Notes under the pieces: generated by a model
Told to the model about the DNA's origin: nothing
Databases searched by the model: none
What the model saw: the letters and a program-made list of their open reading frames with translations, nothing else
Source of the DNA: Nemertoderma westbladi
Taxonomy: Eukaryota; Animalia; Xenacoelomorpha
NCBI GenBank assembly: GCA_032718475.1
Contig: JAUCBJ010003050.1
Location: forward strand, 1-61,951
Direction: 5' to 3'
Length of the DNA stretch: 61,951 bases
Part shown: positions 1 to 12,644 of the stretch, in pieces
Position numbering within the stretch: the stretch's first letter is position 1
Layout: every line of letters begins with the position of its first letter
Program-made: the position numbers and the translations under genes

Positions 1-157
1 TGCTCGGCCCTGTGATTTCTCCCATGTTCCTTTTATGTGACTTTGACGCATTGATCGCCCCATTTATTCCGTCACAATAGGATCAAAACCATAAACAATT
101 TCTGCAGTACAATATCAATCTACTTGCTTTAGAAGCGAGCTCGGTAAGCGAAAGGGC

Positions 158-588
158 CAGACGCGTAGCGAGTCCTTCTGGCGCCCGGGGGAAAGAAGCT
201 GAGATACCCCCCCCCCCCCCCCCCCCCCTTCAATAATTTTAACTTTTATAAATAAACTCTAATATTTTTATAAATATTATATAACAGTATATAATATTTT
301 AAAAACGTCTAAAAAACAGTTTACTAACAGTATATAACTATATCCAATCTATTCGGTTTGATATAGTGAAATTATAGTACTGTATATTGAATAGCGAGTC
401 AAGCCGAGCAGAGAACATTTTTACATTTTTCGCTTATGCCACATGTCCTGTATATCTGTATCACAATCCCTGAATTTTCAATGATTTGACTTATTTTTAC
501 AAGAATACCCTGACATTTGCCTGGCATTTCAGCGCCCCTGGGTGAGTGCGCCCGGGGAAACACCCCCCCCCCCCTCGCTACGCCTCTG
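158..588. mobile_element. hAT-type non-autonomous DNA element (MITE)
   Basis: TIRs CAGACGCGTAGCGAG / CTCGCTACGCCTCTG; perfect 8-bp TSD GAAAGGGC at 150-157 and 589-596; no ORF. Confidence 0.85.
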
Positions 589-1112
589 GAAAGGGCTGGC
601 CAATCAAGAATTTCATATATTTATTGAAATAATAAATTTAATATTCAATTTATTTGGCCGTTAGGGATTACGCATAAAGTCTAACTACTTATTTCCAGTG
701 CACCACATTAAACCTACAGGTCACTAGTTCGATCCCATCTAGACGTCAATCCAGAATTTTCTAAGTTATGCTGCTCCCGAAAAAAGTAAAATAGGTTTCT
801 TGACTTACTTGGCATAATTCCTTCCTACTACACTCACAATCGACATAAATCTACTTCATGACTTATGTGGCCAATGACCTCATATAATATAGATAATTAA
901 TCACTGGAATAACAGAATGAAAATAAGTTCACATGATTGGCATATATCTAATAAGTTTAAATATGTATTTGACATTTTAACTATGTAAATGATTAATTTA
1001 ATGTAATTAAATTAGCCGCAAGCCAAGCAACCAATAGAAGCAAGCAGAAATACTTATTTCGTGGTATAAATTTGCAGTAAATCATATTTTAAAACATTAC
1101 CCGCTGTAAGTG

Positions 1113-1120
1113 TATATAAA
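1113..1120 (+). promoter_or_regulatory. TATA box of three-finger gene A
   Basis: TATATAAA 50 nt upstream of the ATG at 1170; CCAAT near 1032. Confidence 0.55.
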
Positions 1121-1169
1121 GCGCATTATTATTTACCTACAAGTTTATCGAACTCTTATAGTGATCAAG

Positions 1170-1271
1170 ATGTTGAATTTCTTATTAATTTCAATGTTGG
1201 TAATTGCATGCGAGAGTTTGCAATGCCACGACATATCGGGAATTGTACAAGAAAACTGCCACACGTGCGCC
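1170..1271 (+). CDS. Secreted three-finger (Ly6/uPAR) protein gene A, exon 1
   Basis: MLNFLLISMLVIACESLQCHDISGIVQENCHTCA (signal peptide, then LxC start of LU domain), phase-0 donor GTAAGT at 1272; same length as paralogous exon at 19271. Confidence 0.85.
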
Positions 1272-1374
1272 GTAAGTTACATCCGCGTAAAATATGTTAT
1301 ACTTTGTTGGTTTGTTGTTTATTTGTGATACTTAGTAATCATTTACAATAATTCCAGTCTTGCTGACTACCACC

Positions 1375-2218
1375 ATGTTCCTGTTCACCACCATAGGTGA
1401 CCTTCCACAGTAAACCCTTCCACTCTGTTTCCTAAAGGAATGCCTGTTCTCCACCATGGTTGATCTTCCACAGTAAACCCTTCCACTCTGTTTCCTAAAG
1501 GAATGCCTGTTCTCCACCATGGGTGATCTTCCACAGTAAACCCTTCCACTATTGTTTCCTAAAGGAATGCCTGTTCTCCACCATGGGTGATCTTCCACAG
1601 TAAACCCTTCCACTCTTGTTTCCTAAAGGAATGCCTGATCTCCACCATGGGTGATCTTCCACAGTCAACCCTTCCACTCTGTTTTCTAAAGGAATGCCTG
1701 TTCTCCACCATGGGTGATCTTCCACAGTAAACCCTTCCACTCTTGTTTCCTAAAGGAATGCCTGTTCTCCACCATGGGTGATCTTCCACAATAAACCCTT
1801 CCACTCTGTTTCCCAAAGGAATGCCTGTTCACCACCATGGGTGATCTTCTACAATAAACCCTTCCACTCTGTTTCCTAAAGGAATGCCTGTTCTCCACCA
1901 TGGGTGATCTTCCACAGTAAACCCTTCCACTCTGTTTCCTAAAAGAATGTCGGTTCACCACCATGGGTGATCTTCCACAGTAAACCCCTCCACTCTGTTT
2001 CTTAAAGGAATGTCTGTTATCCTGTTTCCTAAAGGAATGCCTGTTCAGCACCAGGGGTGATCTTCCTTAGTAAACCCTTCCACTCTGTTTCCTAAAGGAA
2101 TGCCTGTTCACCACCATGGGTGATCTTCCACAGTAAACCATCCCACTCTGTTTCCTAAAGGGATGTCTGTTAACCACCATGGGTGATCTTCCACAGTAAA
2201 CCCTTCCATTCGGTTTCC
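1375..2218. repeat. 60-61 bp minisatellite, about 14 copies, in intron of gene A
   Basis: Head-to-tail units CTGTTCTCCACCATGGGTGATCTTCCACAGTAAACCCTTCCACTCTGTTTCCTAAAGGAATGC with no unique spacers. Confidence 0.95.
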
Positions 2219-2546
2219 CAAGTTACCTTAGTACCCATTTATCAACTAGTCAAGGCTGAAAGCCAGGATTGGACTAGGCTGCAGCGGTGGCGCGAATTTT
2301 GTTCTTATTGATATTTTGCGAATTTTGTTCCAACGGGTAGCGAACTTTGTTCCTATGGTATCTTCGACGATAATTATGTTCCAATTATTGCGAACTTTGT
2401 TCCTATCAGTTACGAACTTTGTTCTTGTCTTTGCCCCATCTAGGTATCGAACCAAGGCTTCCGGATTGGAAACCCAGGTATGTCGTAACTAGACCAAGAT
2501 GCAGCTTACCTTGGTAACTTTTTAAATAAAATAGAGTCGGAATATA

Positions 2547-4784
2547 CACCATAACCCTTTAAACCATTTTTAGGGGGTCCCCCCCCCCCCCCCTCCCCCC
2601 ATTTTTTTTAAATTTCCTAAAAATACCGATTTTTCCGAATTTCCAAAAATACTACGAAATTCGGTATGATGATATATCGACACATTTTCTTCTTATTGGT
2701 GGCCTGGCCGGATTTTTAAATTTCTCAGTTATTTCCATACAACAAGCCCTTAAAAAATGTATATTTAGCAATGTTTAACCACCTCCATAGACTCTATTTT
2801 ACGTCTTTTAAATGTAAGCTAGATATCATTCTAAGCGCCTTCGTCTGTAGATTCCGAATCTGAATTCAAAGCCATACATTTTATGACGTAAATCTACATT
2901 ACAGCATGTCCTGGAATATAGTGTCGATATTCAGGTACATCCCCCCCCCCCCAAATTTTTCTACAAATCGTAATGAGATTGCATGAAATTTGAAACAGAG
3001 ATAGTTTCACCTCCCTCCTCCTTGCTGGGTGAGCCATAATTTTTATTTTTGCTTTCATTCTTTAGCTACAAGCGTTTAAAAAAAGTGTCTCCGTCGATAT
3101 TGCCCAGGTACACCGTAGTTATTCTTCAAACATTTAGTGATTTGTTGGTACTATGCTGTTTGCTGACCGTGCACGGATTCCAAATATGTAAAAATATTTG
3201 AATTTGGTGGGGAAATAGCTGAGATATGGGCATTCAAATTTTGCATGTATTTGCTTCCGCTGCAGGCCATTTATTCTATTAAATAAATACACAATGTTCT
3301 AGAACATTTTGTTTATGTTTGAAAATCCATATACTAGTATTATCATGAAGGCATTGCATTGTTGCTAAGCTACTTATGAGATAAACAAAATGTTCTAGAA
3401 TATCCATTCCATCCCCTCTATTCTAGAACCACCCGGCCTCTCTAGAACAGATGGTAAACGGGTAGATGGGATGACTCTAGTACCTTGGGAGAGCGGAAAG
3501 ACCTTGACCTGGGACGCCTCTGTGGTGGACCCCCTCGCACCAAGCCACTTATCCACCAGCCAGAACGAGGGAGGACGCGTTGCCCAGGAACAGGAGAAAA
3601 TAAAAACACGAAAGTACCAGGATCTTATAGACTGCGGTTATCAATTTACTCCTGTTGCCTTAGGGACCTTTAGCCGACCCGGACCAGCCACTGCAACCTT
3701 CCTGAAAGACCTAGGAAGACGACTCTACAACGCTACCATGGAGCCACGATCCCATCGATTCAGCTGTTGCAGAGGCTGTCAATAGCGATCTTAATGGGTA
3801 ACGCGCATCAATCCTGGGAACAGTGGACTGTCGGGCTTTTTGATTTACTCGAATAAATACAACCATTACTTAATAAATTCACCTAATACTAGCATTGTAT
3901 GTAATGTAATTACAATTTATAATTTTAAATTTAAATATACATTTATCTAGAACATTGTGTATTTATTTAATAGAATAAATGGCCTGCAGCGGAAGCAAAC
4001 ACATGCAAAATTTGAATGCCCTTATCTCAGCTATTTCCCAACCAAATTCAAATATTTTTACATATTTGGTATCCGTGCACGGTCAGCTTTCCACTAGTAC
4101 CAACAAATCACTAAATGTTTAAAGAATAAATTCGGTGTAACTGGTGCAATATCGACGGAGACACTTTTTTTAAACGCTTGTAGCTAAAGAATGAAAGCAA
4201 AAATAAAAATTCTGACTCACCCGCGGACGAGGAGGGAGGTGAAACTAACTCTGTTTCAAATTTCATCCAATCTCATTACAATTTGTAGAAAAATTAGGGG
4301 GGGGGGGGGGCAGGTACCAGAATAACGACACTATATACTGTATTATATGCGGCACTATATACTGTATTATATGCGGCACTATATGCTGTATTCTAATGTA
4401 TTTTTTACTCTATCACTCTATTACGTCATAAAATGTATGCCTTTGAATGTTGATACAGTAATTTCTCAGGAAAATATTGGTGAAATTTAAAACTGTTTCC
4501 AGATTCGGAATCTACAGATGAAGGCGGTACTAATGATATCTAGATTACATTTAAAAGACGTAAAATAAAGTCTATGGAGGTGGTTAAACATTGCTAAATA
4601 GACATTTTTTAAGGGCTTGTTGTATGGAAATAACTGAAAAATTGAAAAATCCGGCCAGGCCACAAGTAAGAGTGTCGATCTATCATCATACCGAATTTCG
4701 TAGTATTTTATTGAAATTTGAAAAAAATTAGGGGGGGGGGGGGCGACCCCCTAAAAATGGTTGTTGTATTACGGGTTATGGTGT
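2547..4784. mobile_element. Foldback-like DNA element with about 750-bp inverted arms, TA-flanked (CACCAT-terminus family)
   Basis: 2547-3303 is the reverse complement of about 3946-4784; ends TA|CACCATAACCC and GGGTTATGGTG|TA. Confidence 0.8.
3411..3830 (+). pseudogene. 3' fragment of a CRE-like non-LTR retrotransposon (restriction-like endonuclease region)
   Basis: IPSILEPPGLSRTDGKRVDGMTLVPWESGKTLTWDASVVDPLAPSH..KTRKY..FTPVALGT..FLKDLGRRL, then frameshifted LLQRLSIAILMGNA/SILGT. Confidence 0.75.
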
Positions 4785-5000
4785 ATGTAGAGTCACAATT
4801 CTGTGAAATTGACTACCCTATACCCCCCCCCCCCCCCCCCCCCCCCCTATATAACTGGTGAAATTTCAACTGAGACACTTTTTTCGAATATAGATAGAAA
4901 ATTAATGCGAAATTATCACCATTAGAAGTATTATCAACTCTCCCATCATTGTCATTTAGGTCTCAGGATTCGTAAACCGTTAGATATAGGCTTAAACAGT

Positions 5001-5266
5001 AACTACTACTACTATTAGGATCGGCATGCTGCATTGCAGCTGCATTTTTAAGAATGCTGTGCCGGCTTGTCGACAAAATTGCGCCACCACAACTCCCTAT
5101 CACCCATGACATTTGCTAGATCATCCGCATCTTCAAGGCCAGTGTCCTTTAAGATGCGCCTCAAGAAAGTCATGGGCTGTCCACCATGCTTATTCACTCC
5201 ATGAGGCTGCCAAAGTACAAAATTATGCAGTGGCTGGTCCTCACGGCGAAAGCAATGTCCTGCAAA
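5001..5266 (-). mobile_element. 5'-truncated RTE-like LINE 3' end with (AGT)n tail
   Basis: Matches the + strand LINE at about 59490-59667 (FAGHCFRR..LWQPHG); tail ACTACTACT on +. Confidence 0.8.
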
Positions 5267-5306
5267 CCGTCACTCGCCCTACATAACAACCACATTCTGT
5301 TTTTAG

Positions 5307-5492
5307 ACCTTCGTGGCGAGCTCTGCGGCGCAAAGGATAACCCAAACTGTACCGATATGTCTGACACGAGAGTTTGCTGATATGTTACCGTCGACCGACT
5401 GTGATTATCTGACAGAATATTTCTGTGCCGGTTCTGGGGAAGATGTTGTTTGCGCTGGAAACTGTTGCTTCACAGATTTTTGTAATGAATAG
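5307..5492 (+). CDS. Three-finger protein gene A, exon 2 (terminal)
   Basis: Acceptor TTCTGTTTTTAG, phase 0; TFVASSAAQRITQTVPICLTREFADMLPSTDCDYLTEYFCAGSGEDVVCAGNCCFTDFCNE*; CCxxxxCN LU signature; spliced product 95 aa. Confidence 0.85.
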   Translation, partial: TFVASSAAQRITQTVPICLTREFADMLPSTDCDYLTEYFCAGSGEDVVCAGNCCFTDFCNE

Positions 5493-5667
5493 TAAAGTTA
5501 ACTGAACTTACTTTCACTTTAAATTGAATGCATGAGTATGTGTAATGATTTCTAGTTCTTTTAATAACGCCTTTGTCTTTAACTAATAAGTTAATGAATA
5601 TTATATGTAACTAATAATTATCACCCGCTTTGACACCCGACAATTAAGTAATACTGGGAGTGTTCAT

Positions 5668-5943
5668 TTAGCTAATGGTATCGGAGTCTGAGCATTTGAT
5701 TGGAGAGTGCTTTCTGACCCGGAACGGAGGGGAAGTTTTCTTTAAACTCATAAGGAACAAGTGACTCTCCTCTTCAGCCACAAAGTTTCCCGCCTCGGTC
5801 GCTGAAGGTGACAATGTTGTAACCAATAGTAGAATCATTATTGTGGTAGCTCGGTTATCCATTTCTAGAAATATAACCAAATTCCGCACTTCCTCCTGGC
5901 ACCGCAAGATGGCGTCGGATTTATCGGTTTCCGATTCATCGAG
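5668..5943 (-). CDS. Candidate terminal exon following the CNH exon
   Basis: Acceptor TTTTTTATTTTAG, phase 0 matches the donor at 6254; the only open frame runs LDESETDK..SDSDTIS*; no recognisable domain. Confidence 0.4.
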   Translation of the reverse strand, partial: LDESETDKSDAILRCQEEVRNLVIFLEMDNRATTIMILLLVTTLSPSATEAGNFVAEEESHLFLMSLKKTSPPFRVRKHSPIKCSDSDTIS

Positions 5944-6254
5944 CTAAAATAAAAAAGTTATTAAAAAGTAGGTGATCAAGGCCTTCGCGCAGCACATGAA
6001 CTTACCCTCTCTTATAACTCGAGTTTGTCATAAACGACAAATAACGGTTTGAATGGTTAGTGGGAGCGAGCCACTATATTGGGAGTTTGTTTAAATGCAG
6101 TTCAGCACATCTACTAAATTGCTAATCGAGTTCGAGTTTTCAGTTAGTGAAATAAAAGAGGGGAGTTTATCTGACTGTAACCTGAGCTACTCTTAAATAT
6201 ATCTCATTGATACCAATCTGAAACTAATATTATGACAAATAATAGGCCCTTTAC

Positions 6255-6463
6255 CTGTTTCTTCCATTTCCCATTCCCCTGGTTTGGAGATCGTTTGGAG
6301 GGTGTTGTGAGCTGGTTGAATCCCCGGAGTTGGAGGGTCTGGATCCACTCGCCGCATTCGATGTTGAACACAAATAGACCCGAGGCGGTGAACGCGAGGA
6401 GGTGGGGGGAACGAAAGGCCACGGATTCCAGAGGGGAGGACCACATTAATTCAGACATCGACC
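6255..6463 (-). CDS. Exon encoding the C-terminal part of a CNH (citron homology) domain, MRCK/citron-like
   Basis: SELMWSSPLESVAFRSPHLLAFTASGLFVFNIECGEWIQTLQLR resembles the MRCK CNH end ELMWP..V.VF.V...EW.QTI.L; bounded by CTCCCAG acceptor and CAG|GTAAAG donor. Confidence 0.6.
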
Positions 6464-7159
6464 CTGGGAGTTGTAATAATAAAATAATCGAATAATATAC
6501 ATTGACTTTATCTAGTTCAGTAGTTAATCCCAATCACAAAATAATAATATACACACTCATAATGAATTACCTTTGTAACAATAATTGTCTGTCCCAACTC
6601 TTTAATAATATTAAATTGCGAATGGCCGGCCGGTAATTCTTGTAAGGAATCCTGGAGAATGGACGGCTTCTTTATAATAATGCAGATACTATTCGTGAAT
6701 AAAAACCAAACTGAACTCTAAGTAATAAGTTAAACCAGACCATCGAACGAATTATTACAACAAAGGGAAAGTGTTAAAAGTTTAAAGAAAGTTTAAAGTG
6801 ATAGAATTTGTGCAGAGCTATATTAATATATTGTCGGTGTCTATAACACAACAAAGGTAACAAGTGTCTGGCCATTGACCTACATTGGAACTCAACCAAC
6901 CACCCAACCCACCCACACAATGGACGATGCACAGCACATTGTATGACAGCCCGCCAGGCTGGCGCCTCCTACAACTAACACACGCAGCTCGGCCACCTTG
7001 TCAATATTGGTTGTAAAATTCTCTTGTAAATATTTTCGAAGTCAATAAAAAATATTCACTTGAAAAAGTTATTTCAGTAAATTATGGCTAATTTTGGGAA
7101 GGGCTTTTGTGTTGGCAATCCAATTTAAATGAAAGGTGTTCTTAGGAGAATTTCAATTA

Positions 7160-7350
7160 ATAACGAGTGCCCTACATAACGGCGCAGTGCACTTAAAAAC
7201 GAGTGCACTGCATAACGGCGCAGTGCACTTAATAACGAGTGCACATCATAACGGTGCAGTGCACTTTATAACGGCGCAGTGCACTTCATAAAGGTGTAGT
7301 GCACTTCATAAATGTGTTAGTAGTACACTTCATAGCGATGCAGTGCACTT
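7160..7350. repeat. Short degenerate tandem repeat containing GTGCAC palindromes
   Basis: Repeated TAACG(G/A)..AGTGCACT units. Confidence 0.8.
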
Positions 7351-7354
7351 AATG

Positions 7355-9378
7355 TTATATGCTATATTTTATGTTTTATGCTATATGCTATGCTATATGC
7401 TATAAGCTATATGTTATATATTATGCTATAGTACATGCTATGCTATATGCTATTCTGTATGCTATGCTATATGTTATATGTTATGCTATAGTACATGTTA
7501 TGCTATATGCTTTATGCTATATGATATTCTATATGCTATATGCTATATGCTATATGCTATATGCTATATGCTATATGCTATATGCTATATACTATATGCT
7601 ATATGCGATATGCTATAAGCTATATGTTATATGTTATGCTATATTACATGCTATGCTATATGCTTTATGCTATATGCTTTATGCTATATGCTATATGCTA
7701 TGCTGTATGCAATATGCTATACTGTATGCTCTGCTATATGCTATATGTTATATGTTATGCTATAGTACATGCTATGCTATATGCTTTATGCTTTATGCTA
7801 TATGCTATATGCTATATGCTATGCTATATGCTATTCTATATGCTATGCTATATGCTATATGTTATGCTATAGTACATGCTATGCTATATGCTTTATGCTA
7901 TATGATATTCTATATGCTATGCTATATGCTATATGTTATATTCTATATGCGATATGCTATAAGCTATATGTTATATGTTATGCTATAGTACATGCTATGC
8001 TATATGCTATTCTGTATGCTATGCTATATGTTATATGTTATGCTATAGTACATGTTATGCTATATGCTTTATGCTATATGATATTCTATATGCTATATGC
8101 TATATGCTTTATGCTATATGCTATGCTGTATGCTATATGCTATACTATATGCTCTGCTATATGCTATATGTCATGTTATGCTATAGTACATGCTATGCTA
8201 TATGCTATATGATATATGATATATGATATATGCTATATGCGATATGCTATAAGCTATATGTTATATGTTAAGCTATAGTACATGCTATGCTATATGCTTT
8301 ATGCTATATGCTATATGCTATGCTGTAAGCTATATGCTATACTATATGCTCTGGTATATGATATATGTTATATGTTATGCTACATTACATGCTATGATAT
8401 ATGCTTTGTGCTATATGCTATATGCTATATACTATGCTGTATGCTATATGCTATACTATATGCTATACTATATGCTATGCTATATGCTATATGTTATATG
8501 TTATGCTATAGTACATGCTATGCTATATGCTATGCTATATGCTATGCTATATGCTATGTTTTATGCTATGCTTTATGCTATGCTATATGCTATGCTATAT
8601 GCTATGCTATATGCTATGCTATATGCTATGCTATATGCTATGCCATATGCTATATGCTATGCCATATGCTATGCTATATGCTATGCTATATGCTATGCTA
8701 TATGCTATGCTATATGCTATGCTATATGCTATGCTATATGCTATGCTATATGCTATGCTATGTGCTATGCTATATGTTATATGTTATGCTATGGTATAGT
8801 ACATGCTATGCTATATGCCATATGCTTTATGCTATATGTTATATGCTATGCTACATGCTATATGTTTTAAGCTATATGTCATATGCTATATGTTATGCTA
8901 TATGCTATATGCTATGATATATGATATATGCTATATGTTATATGTTATGCTATATGCCATGTTATGCTACTCTATGGTATATACAATGTTATATGCTATA
9001 TTTTATGTTATGTGCTATAGTACATGCTATGCTATATGTTATGCTATGCTATGCTATATGCTATGCCATATGCTATGCTATATGCTATGCTATATGCTAT
9101 GCCATATGCTATGCTATATGCTATGCTATGCTATATGCTAAGCTATATGCTATGATATATGCTATGCTATATGCTATGCTATATGCTATGCTATATGCTA
9201 TGCTATATGCTATGCTATATGCTATGCTATATATATGTTATATGCTATGCTATGCTATGCTATGCTATCTATGCTATGCTATGCTATGCTATGCTATGCT
9301 ATGCTATGCTATGCTATGCTATGCTATGCTATGCTATGCTATGCTATGCTATGCTATGCTATGCTATGCTATGCTATG
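7355..9378. repeat. (TATGC)/(TATATGC) compound microsatellite, about 2 kb
   Basis: 5-, 7- and 12-bp periodicity, ending in a pure (ATGCT)n run. Confidence 0.97.
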
Positions 9379-11095
9379 TTTGTCAAAATGTCATTTTGAC
9401 ATGTAATTTTGCAAAAATGTCTTTTTCAAAATGACATTTTGACATGTCATTTTGCAAAAATGTCATTTTCAAATTGACAATTTGTCAAAATGACATTTTG
9501 AAAATGACGTTTTGACATGTCATTGTGCCAAAATGTCATTTTTAACTTGACATTTGACATTTTGCCAAAATGTCATTTTCAAATTGACATTTTGACTGTC
9601 ATTTTGTCAAAATGACATTTTCAAATTGACATTTTGACATGTCATTTTGCCTAAATGTCATTTTGCCAAATTGACATTTTGAGATGTCATTTTGCCAAAA
9701 TGTCATTTAGAAATTGACATTTTGACATGTCATTTTGCCAAAATGTCATTTTAAATTGACATTTTGCCATGTCATTTTGCCAAAATGTCATGTTAAATTG
9801 ACATTTGACATTTTGACATGTCATTTTGCCAAAATATCATTTTTAAATTGACATTTGACATTTTGACATGTTATTTTGCCAAAATGTCATTCTCAAATTT
9901 ACATTTTCACAAGTCATTTTGCCAAAATGTCATTTTGAAAAAATTGACATTTTGACATGTCATTTTGCCAAAATGTCATTTCGAAATTGACATTTTGACA
10001 TGTCATTTTGCCAAAATGTCATTTTTAAATTGACATTTGACATTTTGACATGTCATTTTGCCAAAACGTCATTTTCAAATTGACATTTTGACATGACATT
10101 TTCGCAAAATGTCATTTTCAAATTGATATTTTGTCATTTTGTCAAAATGTCATTTTGAAATTGACATTTTGACATGTCATTTTGCCAAAATGTCATTTTA
10201 AATTGACATTTGACATATTAACATGTCATTTTGCCAAAATGTCATTTTCAAATTGACATTTTGACTGTCATTTTGTCAAAATGACATTTTCAAATTGACA
10301 TTTTGACATGTCATTTTGCCTAAATGTCATTTTGCCAAATTGACATTTTGAGATGTCATTTTGCCAAAATGTCATTTAGAAATTGACATTTTGACATGTC
10401 ATTTTGCCAAAATGTCATTTAGAAATTGACATTTTGACATGTCATTTTGCCAACATGTCATTTTTAAATTGACATTTGACATTTTGACATTTTGACATGT
10501 CATTTTGCCAAAACGTCATTTTCAAATTGACATTTTGACATTACAATTTGGCAAAATGTCATTTTCAAATTGACATTTTGACATGTCATTTTGCAAAAAT
10601 TTCATTTTAAATTGACATTTGACATTTTGACATGTAATTTTGCCAAAATGTCATTTTTAAATTGACATTTGACATTTTGACATGTCATTTTGCCAAAATG
10701 TCATTTTCAAATTGACATTTTGACATGTCATTTTGGCAAAATGTAATTTTCAAATTGACATTTTGTCAAAATGTCATTTTGAAATTGACATTTTGACATG
10801 ACATTTTGACATGTCATTTTGCCAAAATGTCATTTTCAAAGTGACATTTTGTCAAAATGTCATTTTGAAATTGACATTTTGACATGTCATTTTGCCAAAA
10901 TGCATTTTGCAATTGACATTTTGACATGTAATTTTGCCAAAATGTCATTTTTAAATTGACATTTGACATTTTGACATGTCATTTTGCCAAAATGTCATTT
11001 TTAAATTGACATTTTGACATGTCATTTTTAAATTGACATTTTGATATGTCATTGTGTCAAAATTTCATTTTGAAATGACATTTTGACATGTCATA
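9379..11095. repeat. About 43-bp satellite built from TGACATTT/AAATGTCA inverted motifs
   Basis: Units such as AAAATGTCATTTTCAAATTGACATTTTGACATGTCATTTTGCC. Confidence 0.95.
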
Positions 11096-11099
11096 TTTT

Positions 11100-12320
11100 A
11101 TGAGATTTAAGGTAATTTTTCTTGAAAAAGCATACATAACTATTCCCAGTCCGTTTCTGTAACATTTAGAGAAAAGGTAACTTGTGATACTTCTTTTAGT
11201 GTTAAATTAACAGCAGATTCCAAATACAGTTACCGTTTTTACAAATGATTTGTAGTTCTCGCGATATTTGGGTTCAAACACAACGTTTTTTGGTATTTTA
11301 CGAGATTTAAGGTATTTTTTATTGAAAAAGCAGACATAACTATTCCCAGTCCGTTTCTGTAACATTTAGAGAAAAGGTAACTTGTGATACTTCTTTTAGT
11401 GTTAAATTAACAGCAGATTCCAAATACAGTTACCGTTTTTACAAATGATTTGTAGTTCTCGCGATATTTGGGTTCAAACACAACGTTTTTTGGTATTTTA
11501 CGAGATTTAAGGTATTTTTTATTGAAAAAGCAGACATAACTATTCCCAGTCCGTTTCTGTAACATTTAGAGAAAAGGTAACTTGTGATACTTCTTTTAGT
11601 GTTAAATTAACCGCAGATTCCAAATACAGTTAAGTTTTTACAAATGATTTGTAGTTCTCGCGATATTTGGGTTCAAACACAACGTTTTTTGATATTTTAC
11701 GAGATTTAAGGTATTTTTTATTGAAAAAGCAGACATAACTATCCCCAGTCCGTTTCTGTAACATTTAGAGAAAAGGTAACTTGTGATACTTCTTTTAGTG
11801 TTAAATTAACCGCAGATTCCAAATACAGTAACCGTTTTTACATATGATTTATAGTTCTCGCGATATTTGGGTTCAAACACAACGTTTTTTGATATTTTAC
11901 TAGATTTAAGGTATTTTTTATTGAAAAAGCAGACATAACTATTCCCAGTCCGTTTCTGTAACATTTAGAGAAAAGGTAACTTGTGATACTTCTTTTAGTG
12001 TTAAATTAACAGCAGATTCCAAATACAGTTAAGTTTTTACAAATGATTTGTAGTTCTCGCGATATTTGGGTTCAAACACAACGTTTTTTGATATTTAACG
12101 AGATTTAAGGTATTTTATATTGAAAAAGCAGACATAACTATTCCCAGTCCGTTTCTGTAACATTTAGAGAAAAGGTAACTTGTGATACTTATTTTAGTGT
12201 TAAATTAACCGCAGATTCCAAATACAGTAACCGTTTTTACAAATGATTTATAGTTCTCGCGATATTTGGGTTCAAACACAACGTTTTTTTTTATATTTTT
12301 CGAGATTTAAGGGATTTTTT
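11100..12320. repeat. About 200-bp satellite, six copies
   Basis: GAGATTTAAGG recurs at about 11102, 11302, 11502, 11701, 11901, 12100, 12302. Confidence 0.97.
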
Positions 12321-12644
12321 TCCCGGAACAAATAGCGTTTTTAATGAAATATTACAATCGACAGACACACAGGTTGATATTGTGATACCAGGGGGGGGGG
12401 GGGGGGGGGGGGGGTAATAGCCGATCCTTTCTACGGGGATCGGTTCTTACAGTATAATAAATTATATTCAATCAAGAAAAAAAATAAAATGATGGCAATT
12501 TTGAGTTTTTATTAAACAAATGTAACTATTAATTATTGAGATGAGATAAATTTAAAACAAATTATTCATAAACAAATTCATAAAACAAATTAAAAAAAAC
12601 CTACAAAGACAATTATTAAATATGTCGTTTGTTACTCACACACT

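Larger units (their letters stand above)
4979..5883 (+). repeat. 905-bp local segmental duplication, copy 1
   Basis: Near-identical to 12645-13549. Confidence 0.95.

Noticed and set aside
1110-1328. 72-aa ORF as a complete gene
   Set aside because: Only 1170-1271 is exon; the ORF starts at a GTG and runs through a GTAAGT donor
1375-2218. CRISPR-like array and the overlapping minus-strand ORFs
   Set aside because: Units are contiguous with no unique spacers, there are no cas genes and the context is eukaryotic; ORFs are translations of the repeat
7359-9434. MLCY/YAIC-rich ORFs
   Set aside because: Artefacts of the TATGC microsatellite
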